This document shows positions 49,683 through 59,200 of a stretch of 64,000 bases of DNA, piece by piece. This DNA is from an uncultured Lacinutrix sp. (lineage in GTDB: Bacteria; Bacteroidota; Bacteroidia; Flavobacteriales; Flavobacteriaceae). Both the position numbers and the translations under genes were made by a program. The stretch lies in contig CAKZMU010000009.1 of NCBI GenBank assembly GCA_937129145.1, positions 80,551-144,550 of the forward strand, given 5' to 3'. Each line of letters begins with the position of its first letter. The stretch's first letter is position 1. The notes below the pieces were generated by a model, which searched no databases, was not told the origin of the DNA, and was given only the letters and a program-made list of their open reading frames with translations.

Positions 49683-50729
49683 TTATATCTTTTTTCTTTG
49701 TTTTTTTAAGGGATTGCTACTTATTTTTTGAAATTCTTCTCGGTTTTTAAAAATTTGAATTCCTGTAAACAGTGCTTCTTTAAACGAACTGTTATCGGCT
49801 TGTCCTTTTCCTGCTATTTCATAAGCTGTTCCGTGGTCTGGAGAGGTTCTCACACCACTAAGTCCAGCAGTGAAATTTACACCTTGACCAAAAGATAGTG
49901 TTTTAAATGGGATGAGTCCTTGGTCGTGATATGCAGCAATAATAGCGTCGAAATTGTTATAATTGTTGGAGCCAAAAAAACTATCGGCCGAATAAGGTCC
50001 AAAAACCAATTTCCCAGTGTCACGTATCTCTACCAATGTTGGTTTTAAAATGTCATCATCTTCGGTTCCAATAACACCATTGTCTCCTGTATGAGGGTTA
50101 ATGCCTAAAACAGCTATTTTTGGCTTTCTAATACCAAAATCTATTTTTAATGTTTTATTAATGGTTTCTATTTTTGATGTAATCAATTCTTTGGTGATTT
50201 TTGATGACACTTCACTCACAGGAACATGGTCCGTTAAAAGTCCCACCTTTAAACTATTGGTAATCATAAACATGAGGCCTTCGCCTTCTAGTTCTTGAGA
50301 TAAATAGTCGGTGTGCCCTGGAAAATTAAAAGAACTTGACTGAATGTTGTGTTTGTTAATTGGTGCTGTTACTAAAACATCAATTTTATTGTTTTTTAAA
50401 TCATTTGTTGCTGTCTTAAAAGATTTTATGGCATACTCACCTATTTTCATATCCTCGTTGCCAAAATTAATGGCCACGTTTTCTTTCCAAACGTTCAGTA
50501 CATTAACTTTACCATGTATAGCCTGTTCTGGTTTATGAATTCCGTTAAAACTTATATCACTTTTAAAATGTGTTTTAAAAAACGCAAATGCTTTATTTGA
50601 CGCGTAAATAATTGGTGTGCAAAAATCAAGAATTCTATTATCCTCAAAAGTTTTAAGAATTATTTCGCCACCAATGCCATTTAAATCCCCAACAGAGATA
50701 CCCACTAAAACTTTTTCCTCTTTTCTCAT
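49683..50729 (-). CDS. pdxA: 4-hydroxythreonine-4-phosphate dehydrogenase
   Basis: Motifs GHTDYL, AAYHDQGLIP and RTSPDHGTA. Confidence 0.9.
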   Translation of the reverse strand: MRKEEKVLVGISVGDLNGIGGEIILKTFEDNRILDFCTPIIYASNKAFAFFKTHFKSDISFNGIHKPEQAIHGKVNVLNVWKENVAINFGNEDMKIGEYAIKSFKTATNDLKNNKIDVLVTAPINKHNIQSSSFNFPGHTDYLSQELEGEGLMFMITNSLKVGLLTDHVPVSEVSSKITKELITSKIETINKTLKIDFGIRKPKIAVLGINPHTGDNGVIGTEDDDILKPTLVEIRDTGKLVFGPYSADSFFGSNNYNNFDAIIAAYHDQGLIPFKTLSFGQGVNFTAGLSGVRTSPDHGTAYEIAGKGQADNSSFKEALFTGIQIFKNREEFQKISSNPLKKQRKKI

Positions 50730-50791
50730 TAATAATGATGACTTTTGTTTGTAATTTTGATGTTACAAATTTAACTAAATAAAACCGTTAT

Positions 50792-51382
50792 ATGTTTACT
50801 GGTATTATAGAAGATATTGGAATAGTTACAAATTTAAAGAAAGAAGGAGATAATATTAGTATAACTATTGAAAGTAGTATAACCAACGAATTAAAAATTG
50901 ACCAAAGTGTTGCCCATAACGGTGTTTGTTTAACTGTTGTAAACATAAAAGATAAAGAATATACAGTAACTGCCATTAAGGAAACCATTGATAAATCTAA
51001 CATAGGTGGTCTAATGGTTGGTGGTTTGGTAAACCTAGAAAGAGCCATGAAGCTTGGTGATAGACTCGACGGACATATAGTTCAAGGGCATGTAGACCAA
51101 GTTGCAACTTGTATAGACGCAAAAGAGCTTGATGGAAGTTGGGAATACACTTTTAGGTATGACGCTTCACTAGAAAACATTACCATCGAAAAAGGTTCTA
51201 TCACTGTTAATGGCGTAAGCCTAACTGTGGTTAATTCTAAAAAAGACACTTTTAGCGTCGCTATTATACCTTATACTCACGAGCACACAAATTTTAATAC
51301 TCTAGCAAATGGAACTATTGTTAATTTGGAATTTGATGTAATAGGGAAATACGTGAGCAAGCTTCAGAAAAAGACAGCTTAA
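50792..51382 (+). CDS. ribE: riboflavin synthase
   Basis: MFTGIIE N-terminus and the duplicated lumazine-binding repeat (GVCLTV / GVSLTV). Confidence 0.92.
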   Translation: MFTGIIEDIGIVTNLKKEGDNISITIESSITNELKIDQSVAHNGVCLTVVNIKDKEYTVTAIKETIDKSNIGGLMVGGLVNLERAMKLGDRLDGHIVQGHVDQVATCIDAKELDGSWEYTFRYDASLENITIEKGSITVNGVSLTVVNSKKDTFSVAIIPYTHEHTNFNTLANGTIVNLEFDVIGKYVSKLQKKTA

Positions 51383-51576
51383 CGTTTAGATTTTGATTTA
51401 ATAAAACCTAAATGTTTTATCGCTCCGTAAACAAGTGCTAAGACAAACACAAAAACTACAGCACCGTCAATAGGCAGTCCAACTGGTGGTGGTCCCGAAG
51501 GCGGCGGCGGTACAGGTCCTCCCTGATAGGCGTAAGCCATATTAGAAAAAACAAATAAGATTTGGGTTATTTTCAT
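51379..51576 (-). CDS. 65-aa protein made of a signal peptide plus a PID-type C-terminal sorting-like domain
   Basis: MKITQILFVFSNMAYA (signal), a Pro/Gly-rich linker, then the motif LPIDG followed by a hydrophobic helix and a basic tail (KSKSKR). Confidence 0.5.
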   Translation of the reverse strand: MKITQILFVFSNMAYAYQGGPVPPPPSGPPPVGLPIDGAVVFVFVLALVYGAIKHLGFIKSKSKR

Positions 51577-51935
51577 ATTGTTTTATGAATCATTTTGCTG
51601 TAAAAGTATGAAAAAAAGCGAGTTATCAAAATTTTTACTACAAAAAACACCTATGAAATGCTCAAAAACATCGATTAAGTGCATTCTAGGTTACAATTGA
51701 CACTAACTAATTGACTAAATATTAAAAGAATTAACTGTGTTTATAATCCCTTTGTTATCCCTTAATATGGCAAAAATAAATATTTTGTATGTATTTTCTG
51801 AAATATTTTTGGGTTTATTGATATCGTTTCAAAAAACGATAGGTTAAAATTTGACACTTACTTGTTTGTTAAGTCACTCCTATTTCTGTGAAAACAAAAA
51901 GGTTTTAGTAAAAAAACTAAAACCTTGCTTTTGTT

Positions 51936-51949
51936 GTGGTCCCACTTGG
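51936..51949. repeat. 14-bp direct repeat of the tRNA(CAT) 3' end (candidate distal att site of an island)
   Basis: GTGGTCCCACTTGG is identical to 61699-61712. On the minus strand it is followed by its own terminator hairpin (GGTTTTAG-TTTTTTTA-CTAAAACC plus a T-run). Confidence 0.6.
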
Positions 51950-52254
51950 AATACTACTAATTACAATTATAGAGAGTGTTGTGGAGTAATACGGAGTTTC
52001 GAATAGATTTATTGTTTACTGAAAGAGTAATAAAGAATACTATAGATGTATAAAGGTTTGAGCATCGATTGATTTTTTTATCCTTTTTGTCAAAATTAGA
52101 AAGGCCATTCCTACAAAAGAATAGCCTTTTCATTTTTATATTATATCTATGTCTTTCATAATTTCTAAAGAAACAGGTGCTACTGGGTTAGAAATCATTT
52201 TAAATACTTGATAGAATTTTGCTAATTGCCCCATAGCTATATATAATTTCACTT

Positions 52255-53379
52255 TTAATTGCTTACTAAAAATCCAGAGTTAAATGCATACTGATTCCAT
52301 TTTGGCAATGGATGAAATTCACTCGCCTGCACATCTCTAAACAAACGTTCTAATTCATTTTTACTGTAATAACTTCCACCTCCAATAAGCTCCATGGCAT
52401 ATTTAACTGTGTCAATACAAGCCTCGCTTACATTTGTTTTTAAGCTTAGAATTTCTGATGATAGTTGTTTGGAAGGTGAGAATTCGAGTTCATCTGTACG
52501 TTCATACATGGCTTTCCATTGTACTTTGGCGCTTAAAAATGCATTGTCCAATTTACCTAATACATAAGGCATATGACCTTGATTTGATGTGTTGTTCTTA
52601 GCAAAATTGATGGCAATTTCTCTAGCACGTTCAGCAATACCAATATAAGCAGACATTATTAATGGCATAGCCACTGTGATTACAATATTCCAAACATTAT
52701 GAAACTCATCTTGTGGTCTTTCTAAAGCAATCGCGCTATCTGGAACAAACACGTCTTTTAAAACTACGGTTTGAGAACCTGTTGCTCTCATTCCCATAAC
52801 ATGCCAATCGTCTAATAGACTTAATCCTTCTGTTTTAAAAGGCACTCCAAAATGCAATACTTTGCGCTCACCTCTTTCATTTTCATAAGGTGCTGAAGTC
52901 ACTAATATGTTTCCTGTAGCTGACTGACTCGCAAATGCCTTTTTTGCATTTACCAAATAACCACCCTCTACTTTAGTCATTTCTCCATTAGAACCCAACC
53001 AATCTCTTGCACCTGTACTTACAAGTACTAATTGATTATCTGCAACATTAGCCAATAATGGTTTGCCTGTGTTTTTATGTTTGTATTTCCAAACTGTAGC
53101 AGCCACAAGGTGTTGATGCATTGAAAACGCTAAAGCTGTTGAACCACAATTATTTCCAAATAGTCTAATAATATTACATACTTCAGAGTAAGGCAAACCT
53201 GCTCCTCCTAATTCTTCTGGAACCATTAAAGAGAAAAACTCATTCGCTTTTAACTTCTCGTAATTTTCATAAATGAATTCACCTGTTTTATCTTTTTCTG
53301 ATGCATATTCTGCAAAAGATTGTGCTAAATCATTAGCTATTTTATTCCAATCTGTATTATTTGATGTTACTGTATTCAT
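52255..53379 (-). CDS. acyl-CoA dehydrogenase-fold flavoprotein (possibly an oxygenase rather than a dehydrogenase)
   Basis: 374 aa with ACAD-like three-domain organisation. The C-terminal ERLFRDVQASEFHPLP aligns with the ACAD ERLYRDARITEIYEGT motif, but P replaces the MCAD-type catalytic Glu. Confidence 0.65.
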   Translation of the reverse strand: MNTVTSNNTDWNKIANDLAQSFAEYASEKDKTGEFIYENYEKLKANEFFSLMVPEELGGAGLPYSEVCNIIRLFGNNCGSTALAFSMHQHLVAATVWKYKHKNTGKPLLANVADNQLVLVSTGARDWLGSNGEMTKVEGGYLVNAKKAFASQSATGNILVTSAPYENERGERKVLHFGVPFKTEGLSLLDDWHVMGMRATGSQTVVLKDVFVPDSAIALERPQDEFHNVWNIVITVAMPLIMSAYIGIAERAREIAINFAKNNTSNQGHMPYVLGKLDNAFLSAKVQWKAMYERTDELEFSPSKQLSSEILSLKTNVSEACIDTVKYAMELIGGGSYYSKNELERLFRDVQASEFHPLPKWNQYAFNSGFLVSN

Positions 53380-53414
53380 TATTTCTTGTTTTTTATGATT
53401 AATCCTTTTGATGT

Positions 53415-54923
53415 TTATTGGTTTTGTAATTGTAATACGCTGTCGGTTAGCATCTGTTGATGCACTTTATTACCTTCTTCTTCAACAATATCAATGATCT
53501 CTTCAATGTCTTTTTTAGACGTTCTAAAATTGACGATGCAGCTTCTTAAGCAATAATTTTCGTTGATAATAGCATTAGAAATAAACACTTCTCCGCTTTT
53601 TTGTAATCGCGTTGTTAGTTTTTCGTTTAACTCATTTAAGTACACTTGTTTATTTTCTAAATGTTGAGGTATTTCTGAAGGTATATACCTAAACGTCGCG
53701 ATACTTAAACTTTGGGTTACTGCATCAAGGTTTGGGTGTTGATCTGCTAATTCAAATAATAATTTAGACAACTTTATATCTTCAGATATCATTTCTTGAT
53801 AACCTTGTCTTCCTACTTGCTGAAGCATTAACCATACTTTTAATGCTCTAAATCCTCTAGAATTTTGAAGTCCGTATTCATAATAATTTTGTTCAGCATC
53901 TTCTGTATCAAAATTGAAATACTCTGGATGTGAACTATATGCATCAGTTAAATGTTTTGGGTTTTTAACCAAAGTACAACCAGCTTCTAACGGACTATAC
54001 AACCATTTGTGTGGGTCGATCGCAATAGAGTCTGCTTCTTTTATACCTTTAAAAGTTGCTTCTAATTCTGGAATAATATTGGCTGGTGCACCATAAGCTC
54101 CATCAACGTGAAACCACATATGATACAATTTACAAATGGCCGAAATACCTTCTAAATTATCGACTGTTCCTGTGCTTACATCACCAGCAGTACCAACTAC
54201 AAAAAAGGGTTCATTGCCTTCAATAATATCTGTTGTGATTGCGTTTTCTAATGCTTCTAAATTCATTTTATTATCCGCATCAGTTTCTATCCATCTAATT
54301 GCATTTGTTCCGTGTCCAAATAAAATGGCAGCTTTATCTATCCATGTATGTGTTGACTTTGAACAATACATGATTAGTTTTTTCTTCAAAGAACCAAGGC
54401 CTTCTTCTTTAATATTGGCTGGTGCTTTAGCTGTTCGTGCCGCAAGAAATGCTGTGAAATTTGCCATGTTCCCACCACTAACTAACACACCTCCATAATT
54501 AGATTCTACTCCAATAAATTGTGCTAGCCATTGTATGGTTTGCTTTTCAATTTCTGTTGCCATTGGTGATAATGCAAATGCGCCAACGTTAGGGTTTACC
54601 GAAGCTGCTAACAAATCTCCTAATGCTCCAATTGGTGCTGCTGAACCTGTGATATAACCCATAAATTTTGGGTGGCCATTAAATAATGAATGGTTATACA
54701 ATAAATCTGTAGCTTTCTCTAATAAAACTGATGCAGAGGTTCCGTTTTCTGGAAATGATTGATTACCTAATAGCGACTGTAACTGCTTTGGTGTTTCGCC
54801 AGTCGTAACTGGTCGCTCCGAAATAGTTTCGTTAAAACCAGAGATACTATCTATTAAGTTATGTCCTAAAGATTTAAATTCTTTAGCTGTTAATTCTAAT
54901 GGTGCTTTTCTATTATTCTCCAT
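53415..54923 (-). CDS. PLP-dependent group II amino-acid decarboxylase
   Basis: 502 aa with PLP-lysine motif SIAIDPHKW and HVDGAYGA, typical of the aromatic-amino-acid, glutamate and DABA decarboxylase family. Confidence 0.85.
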   Translation of the reverse strand: MENNRKAPLELTAKEFKSLGHNLIDSISGFNETISERPVTTGETPKQLQSLLGNQSFPENGTSASVLLEKATDLLYNHSLFNGHPKFMGYITGSAAPIGALGDLLAASVNPNVGAFALSPMATEIEKQTIQWLAQFIGVESNYGGVLVSGGNMANFTAFLAARTAKAPANIKEEGLGSLKKKLIMYCSKSTHTWIDKAAILFGHGTNAIRWIETDADNKMNLEALENAITTDIIEGNEPFFVVGTAGDVSTGTVDNLEGISAICKLYHMWFHVDGAYGAPANIIPELEATFKGIKEADSIAIDPHKWLYSPLEAGCTLVKNPKHLTDAYSSHPEYFNFDTEDAEQNYYEYGLQNSRGFRALKVWLMLQQVGRQGYQEMISEDIKLSKLLFELADQHPNLDAVTQSLSIATFRYIPSEIPQHLENKQVYLNELNEKLTTRLQKSGEVFISNAIINENYCLRSCIVNFRTSKKDIEEIIDIVEEEGNKVHQQMLTDSVLQLQNQ

Positions 54924-54950
54924 GATGTTTTGTTTTAAAACGTTTAATTA

Positions 54951-55295
54951 TTAAGCCGCTGTTATTAAAATGCGTTCTATACCAGCAAAGCAATTATTCA
55001 TTATAATCCTGTGTTCTTTTTTTGCTCTTACTAGAAGATTTTTTACTTCAAAAAGAAATGCTTGTAATTGATTTTTTGAGTAGTTTTTATCTTCTATTGC
55101 TTTGCATATTTTCTGAATGCCTTGATAATCATTATCAGCATTAAACTCGGTTTGCATTTTATTAATTTCAGTTTCACTAATATGAATAGAGGTGAAATCG
55201 ATATGATTCTTTTTTGTGAAATTTGAATGCATTAAAAATAAAAGCAGATACACTTTTAGTTCTTCTGTTGTCCATGTTGGTTTATGATTTTTCAT
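54951..55295 (-). CDS. hypothetical protein
   Basis: 114-aa ORF between the LRR gene and the decarboxylase gene. No recognisable motif. Confidence 0.45.
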   Translation of the reverse strand: MKNHKPTWTTEELKVYLLLFLMHSNFTKKNHIDFTSIHISETEINKMQTEFNADNDYQGIQKICKAIEDKNYSKNQLQAFLFEVKNLLVRAKKEHRIIMNNCFAGIERILITAA

Positions 55296-55315
55296 GACTT
55301 TGGTACTTTTAAATT

Positions 55316-56170
55316 TTAATTACAGTTTTCGCCAAAAGCTGAGAAACCATCAATACCTGATGACCAGTTTGCATTACTATAAATAGCATCATCTACTTCA
55401 ATACAATAAAGGTTAGAATTAGACCTTGCTTCAAAATCGGTTAAGCTTCCATTGTTTCCATTCTTTACACTTAGGTTTGTTAGTTGATTATTAGAGACGT
55501 CTAAGTCTTCTAATAAACTGTTTTGGCTTAAATCTAATTCTGTAAGTTGATTATGAGCTACTTTAAACCAATACAAATTCGCACTATTCGTAACATCTAT
55601 ACTGGTTAAAAGGTTATTAGAAGTACCTAATCTTACAAGATTTATATTATTTGCTACATCTAAATCTGTTAATTGGTTATTATCGCAGATTAATACCTCT
55701 AAATTTATGTTGCTTCTAACGTCAATACTCGTTAGACTATTTATATAAGCACTAACAGTTTTCAATTCTAAATTGTTACTTAAATCTAAACTTGTAAGCT
55801 GATTGTCTTCTGTATTTAAATTACTTAACTTTAGATTATCGCTTACATCTAAATTGGTTAAACTATTACCATAACATTCTAACACTTCAAGGTTTGTAAA
55901 TGCATCTATACCTTGTAAACTACTAATGTTTTTCTCTGAAACATCTAACTGAATTACAGCTTCGGCATCTGTGATTAAAATGGTTCCGTTTAAGCCATTG
56001 GTATCTATCCCTAAATCGATTAGGGCTTGTTCAAAATTTGAGTCTGGAATGTTGACTTCCGTTCTTTCTGTTTTTTCTACATCATCATCGTTTTTACTGC
56101 ATGATGAGAACATTGTTAGAGCCATTAATAGGCTTAAAATTGTACGATTTGTTGTATTAAGTGATTTCAT
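55316..56170 (-). CDS. leucine-rich repeat lipoprotein (single LRR module)
   Basis: Lipobox (MFSSC), an IPDSNFEQALIDLGID head, about 22-aa LRRs (LT.LD.S.N..L) and a CIEVDD..YSNANW...F.ENC cap. The module is the same as in the neighbouring 1133-aa ORF. Confidence 0.8.
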   Translation of the reverse strand: MKSLNTTNRTILSLLMALTMFSSCSKNDDDVEKTERTEVNIPDSNFEQALIDLGIDTNGLNGTILITDAEAVIQLDVSEKNISSLQGIDAFTNLEVLECYGNSLTNLDVSDNLKLSNLNTEDNQLTSLDLSNNLELKTVSAYINSLTSIDVRSNINLEVLICDNNQLTDLDVANNINLVRLGTSNNLLTSIDVTNSANLYWFKVAHNQLTELDLSQNSLLEDLDVSNNQLTNLSVKNGNNGSLTDFEARSNSNLYCIEVDDAIYSNANWSSGIDGFSAFGENCN

Positions 56171-56255
56171 TATTTATTGTTTTAAATTTGATTTTTGAGT
56201 ATAGGAAGCCACCAAACCTATGACGGCTTCCAAAATTTTTAATATGTGATTTGAA

Positions 56256-59200
56256 TTAGTTTACGACCAGTTTCTTTACTGTTTCGCCTAAATTATTTTT
56301 GATATTTACTAAATATATTCCCGAAGGGATTTGACTAACATTAACAGATTGATTGTTGTTAATTGTTGTTGCCAAAATGCTCCTTCCGTTGAAATCATAG
56401 ATTTTTATTTGCGAATCTTCTTGAAGCCCTTTTACATAAAATACCTCTGATGATGGGTTTGGATATAGACTTACAGTATCAAATATGGATTCTTCATTTA
56501 CTCCTAATGATTCACAATTTTCATCAAAACTTGTTTGCGCATCTATATAACTACTCCAAAGTGCGGTACTGTAAGGTGCGTTATCTACTTGAATACAATA
56601 CAGATTGGGATTATTATCTGCTTCAAAATCAGTAATGATAGTGTTATTGCCATTTTTAACATTAAAACTTGTTAGTTGGTTATTGGCAGCATATATTTCA
56701 ATTAGCACTGTATGATTATTTAAATCCATACTTGTTATTTGATTACTTGCAAAACTTAATTCCTCTAAATCAAGATTGTTACTAATATCTAATGTTGTTA
56801 GTTGATTTTCATACAACTCCAGATATGTTAAATCTGGATTATTACTTACATTTATATTTGTAAGTTGACATGTAGAACATGTTAATGATTCTAATAAAAT
56901 GTTGTTAGATACATCTAAACTACCAATTGCATTTCCGCCTGCGTGCAATTCTTTTAATGCTATATTATTTGATATATTTAAACTTGTTAAATCATTATTA
57001 TTACATATTAATATTTCCAAATCTTCAAGACTATTAATGCCTTCCAGATCTTCAATATCATTATTTCCAATTCGTAATTCTATTAAATTTATAAAGCCTT
57101 CTATTCCTGTTGCATTTGAAATATTTTCATTACCTACATCTAGACTTATTACTGCTTCTGCTTCCGACTGAAGAATATTTCCTGTTAAACCATTATTATC
57201 ATATCCTAAATCGATTAAGGCTTGTTCAAAATTTACATCTGGAATAGCAATAGTTGGAAACGGAACGCTACAGTCTTCGCTAAAATTTGTTTGTGGGTCT
57301 ATAAAGGCACTCCAATTTGCATTACTATAGGCAACATCATCTACTTCAATACAGTATAGACTTGGGTTGTTTGTTGCATAGACTCCATCTATATTAACAT
57401 TATTTCCATTTTTTACATTAAGGTTGGTAAGTTGATTATTAGTTATTGATAATTCAAACAATTGAAGATTATTACTAGCATCCATATTTGTAATTTGGTT
57501 ATAACCAATAAGTATTGAAGATAATGCTGTATTGTTTTCAATATTTAAAACTGTTAGTTGATTATTATCTGCTAGCAACTCGTACATGACCATATTGTTC
57601 CCAAGCAATAGTGTTGTTAATTGATTATGACTGCAATCCAATTGTGCAAGCGCTAAATTATTACTTACATCTAAGCTCGTAAGATTATTGTTTTCACATT
57701 GTAGGGCGCTTAAATTTGTAAAGCCTTCAATTCCTAAAAGACTAGAAATATTTTTATTGTTAACATTAAGATTTGTTACCGCTTCGGCTTCACTTTGTAA
57801 AATATCACCTGTAAATCCATTAGTGTCTATACCTAAATCTATGAGTGCTGTTTCAAAATTATCATCTGGAATAGCAATGGTTGGCGCAGATGCATTACAA
57901 TCTTCACTAAAACTAGTTTGTGCATCAATATTCGTCCAATTCGTATTACTATACGCAACATTATCTACATCAATACAAGTTAAATTAGAATTATTTGTTG
58001 TGCTTATACTCGTAAGCATCGTGTTGTTTCCATTTTTTAAGTTTAAACTTGTTAAATTATTATTAGCACAACTAAAAACTGCTAATGCAGGATTATTACT
58101 CAAATCTAAACTTGCTAATTGGTTTCCCCAAACCCTAAAATCTTCTAACAATATGTTATTGCTAACATCTATACTTAAAATTTCTCCATCAGAACAACGT
58201 AATTCTTTTAAATTAATATTCGTATTTACGTTTAAACTGGTGAATAAATTGCTATAACATTGAAGGTATTCTAATGCAGTTGCATTGCTAACATTCAAAT
58301 TAGTAATATCGTTACTATAGCAATACAATGTTTGTAATAAAGAAAGGTTACTTACATCTAAACTTGTGAGTTCATTAGAATGTACATACATAGTTTCTAA
58401 TACAGTATTGTTGCTTACATTTAGATTAGTTAACTGATTAAAAGGCACACTCAAATAAGTTAATAGTGTATTACTACTTATATCTAAACTCGTTAATTGA
58501 CTATTTATGGCTATTAAATATGTTAAGGATGTATTATTGCTAATATCTATACTTGACAGGTTATTGTTACTACAATCTAACGTTTGCAAAGCAGTATTAC
58601 TGCTTAAATTTAAACTCGTCAAATTGTTGTTACTACAAACAATACTAGTAACATTAACAAAACCTTCTATACCTTGTAGAGAATTGATGCCTTTATTATT
58701 TAGTGCTAACGTGTTTACAGCCTCGGCATCAGATTGTAAAATAAGACCATTTATTGTTCCATCACTGTCTTGACCAGCGTCTATAAGTGCTTGTTCAAAA
58801 TTAGAATCTGGAATAGCGACTGTTTGTGCAGTTGTTGCTGCTATAGAAAACATAGTAAATAACATCCAAAACATAGTTTTGCTTTTCAACTTATTCACAC
58901 GTTTTAAATACTCTTTTTTTGTATTGCTTTTTTTAGGAAATGGAACATACATAGGTGTATTTTCTACATAATGCTTATAAAGGTTTCCAAATTCTTTTCG
59001 TAAATCTTTTTCTTCAAAAAAGGTTCCTATAATGAAATATGCCGATAAGAAAATGGCAAAAACAAGATGAGTTCCTGTCATAACTGGTGTAGCCCAAAGT
59101 CCCAACATGCCTCCAAAATAAATTGGATGTCTCATGTACTTATAAAACCCAACCACTTCAAAATTTAATGGTTTATAAGGTTTTTTCATGATCTCGAAAT

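Noticed and set aside
57688-58257. A 189-aa plus-strand ORF, and other plus-strand ORFs (56450, 56899, 58507), within the LRR gene
   Set aside because: They are antisense shadow ORFs of the repetitive LRR coding sequence. Their repetitiveness mirrors the sense-strand repeats.
55316-58817. Regularly spaced DNA repeats that might be mistaken for a CRISPR array or a satellite
   Set aside because: The periodicity is the roughly 66-bp leucine-rich-repeat coding unit inside long intact ORFs. The repeats are imperfect and there is no unique-spacer structure.
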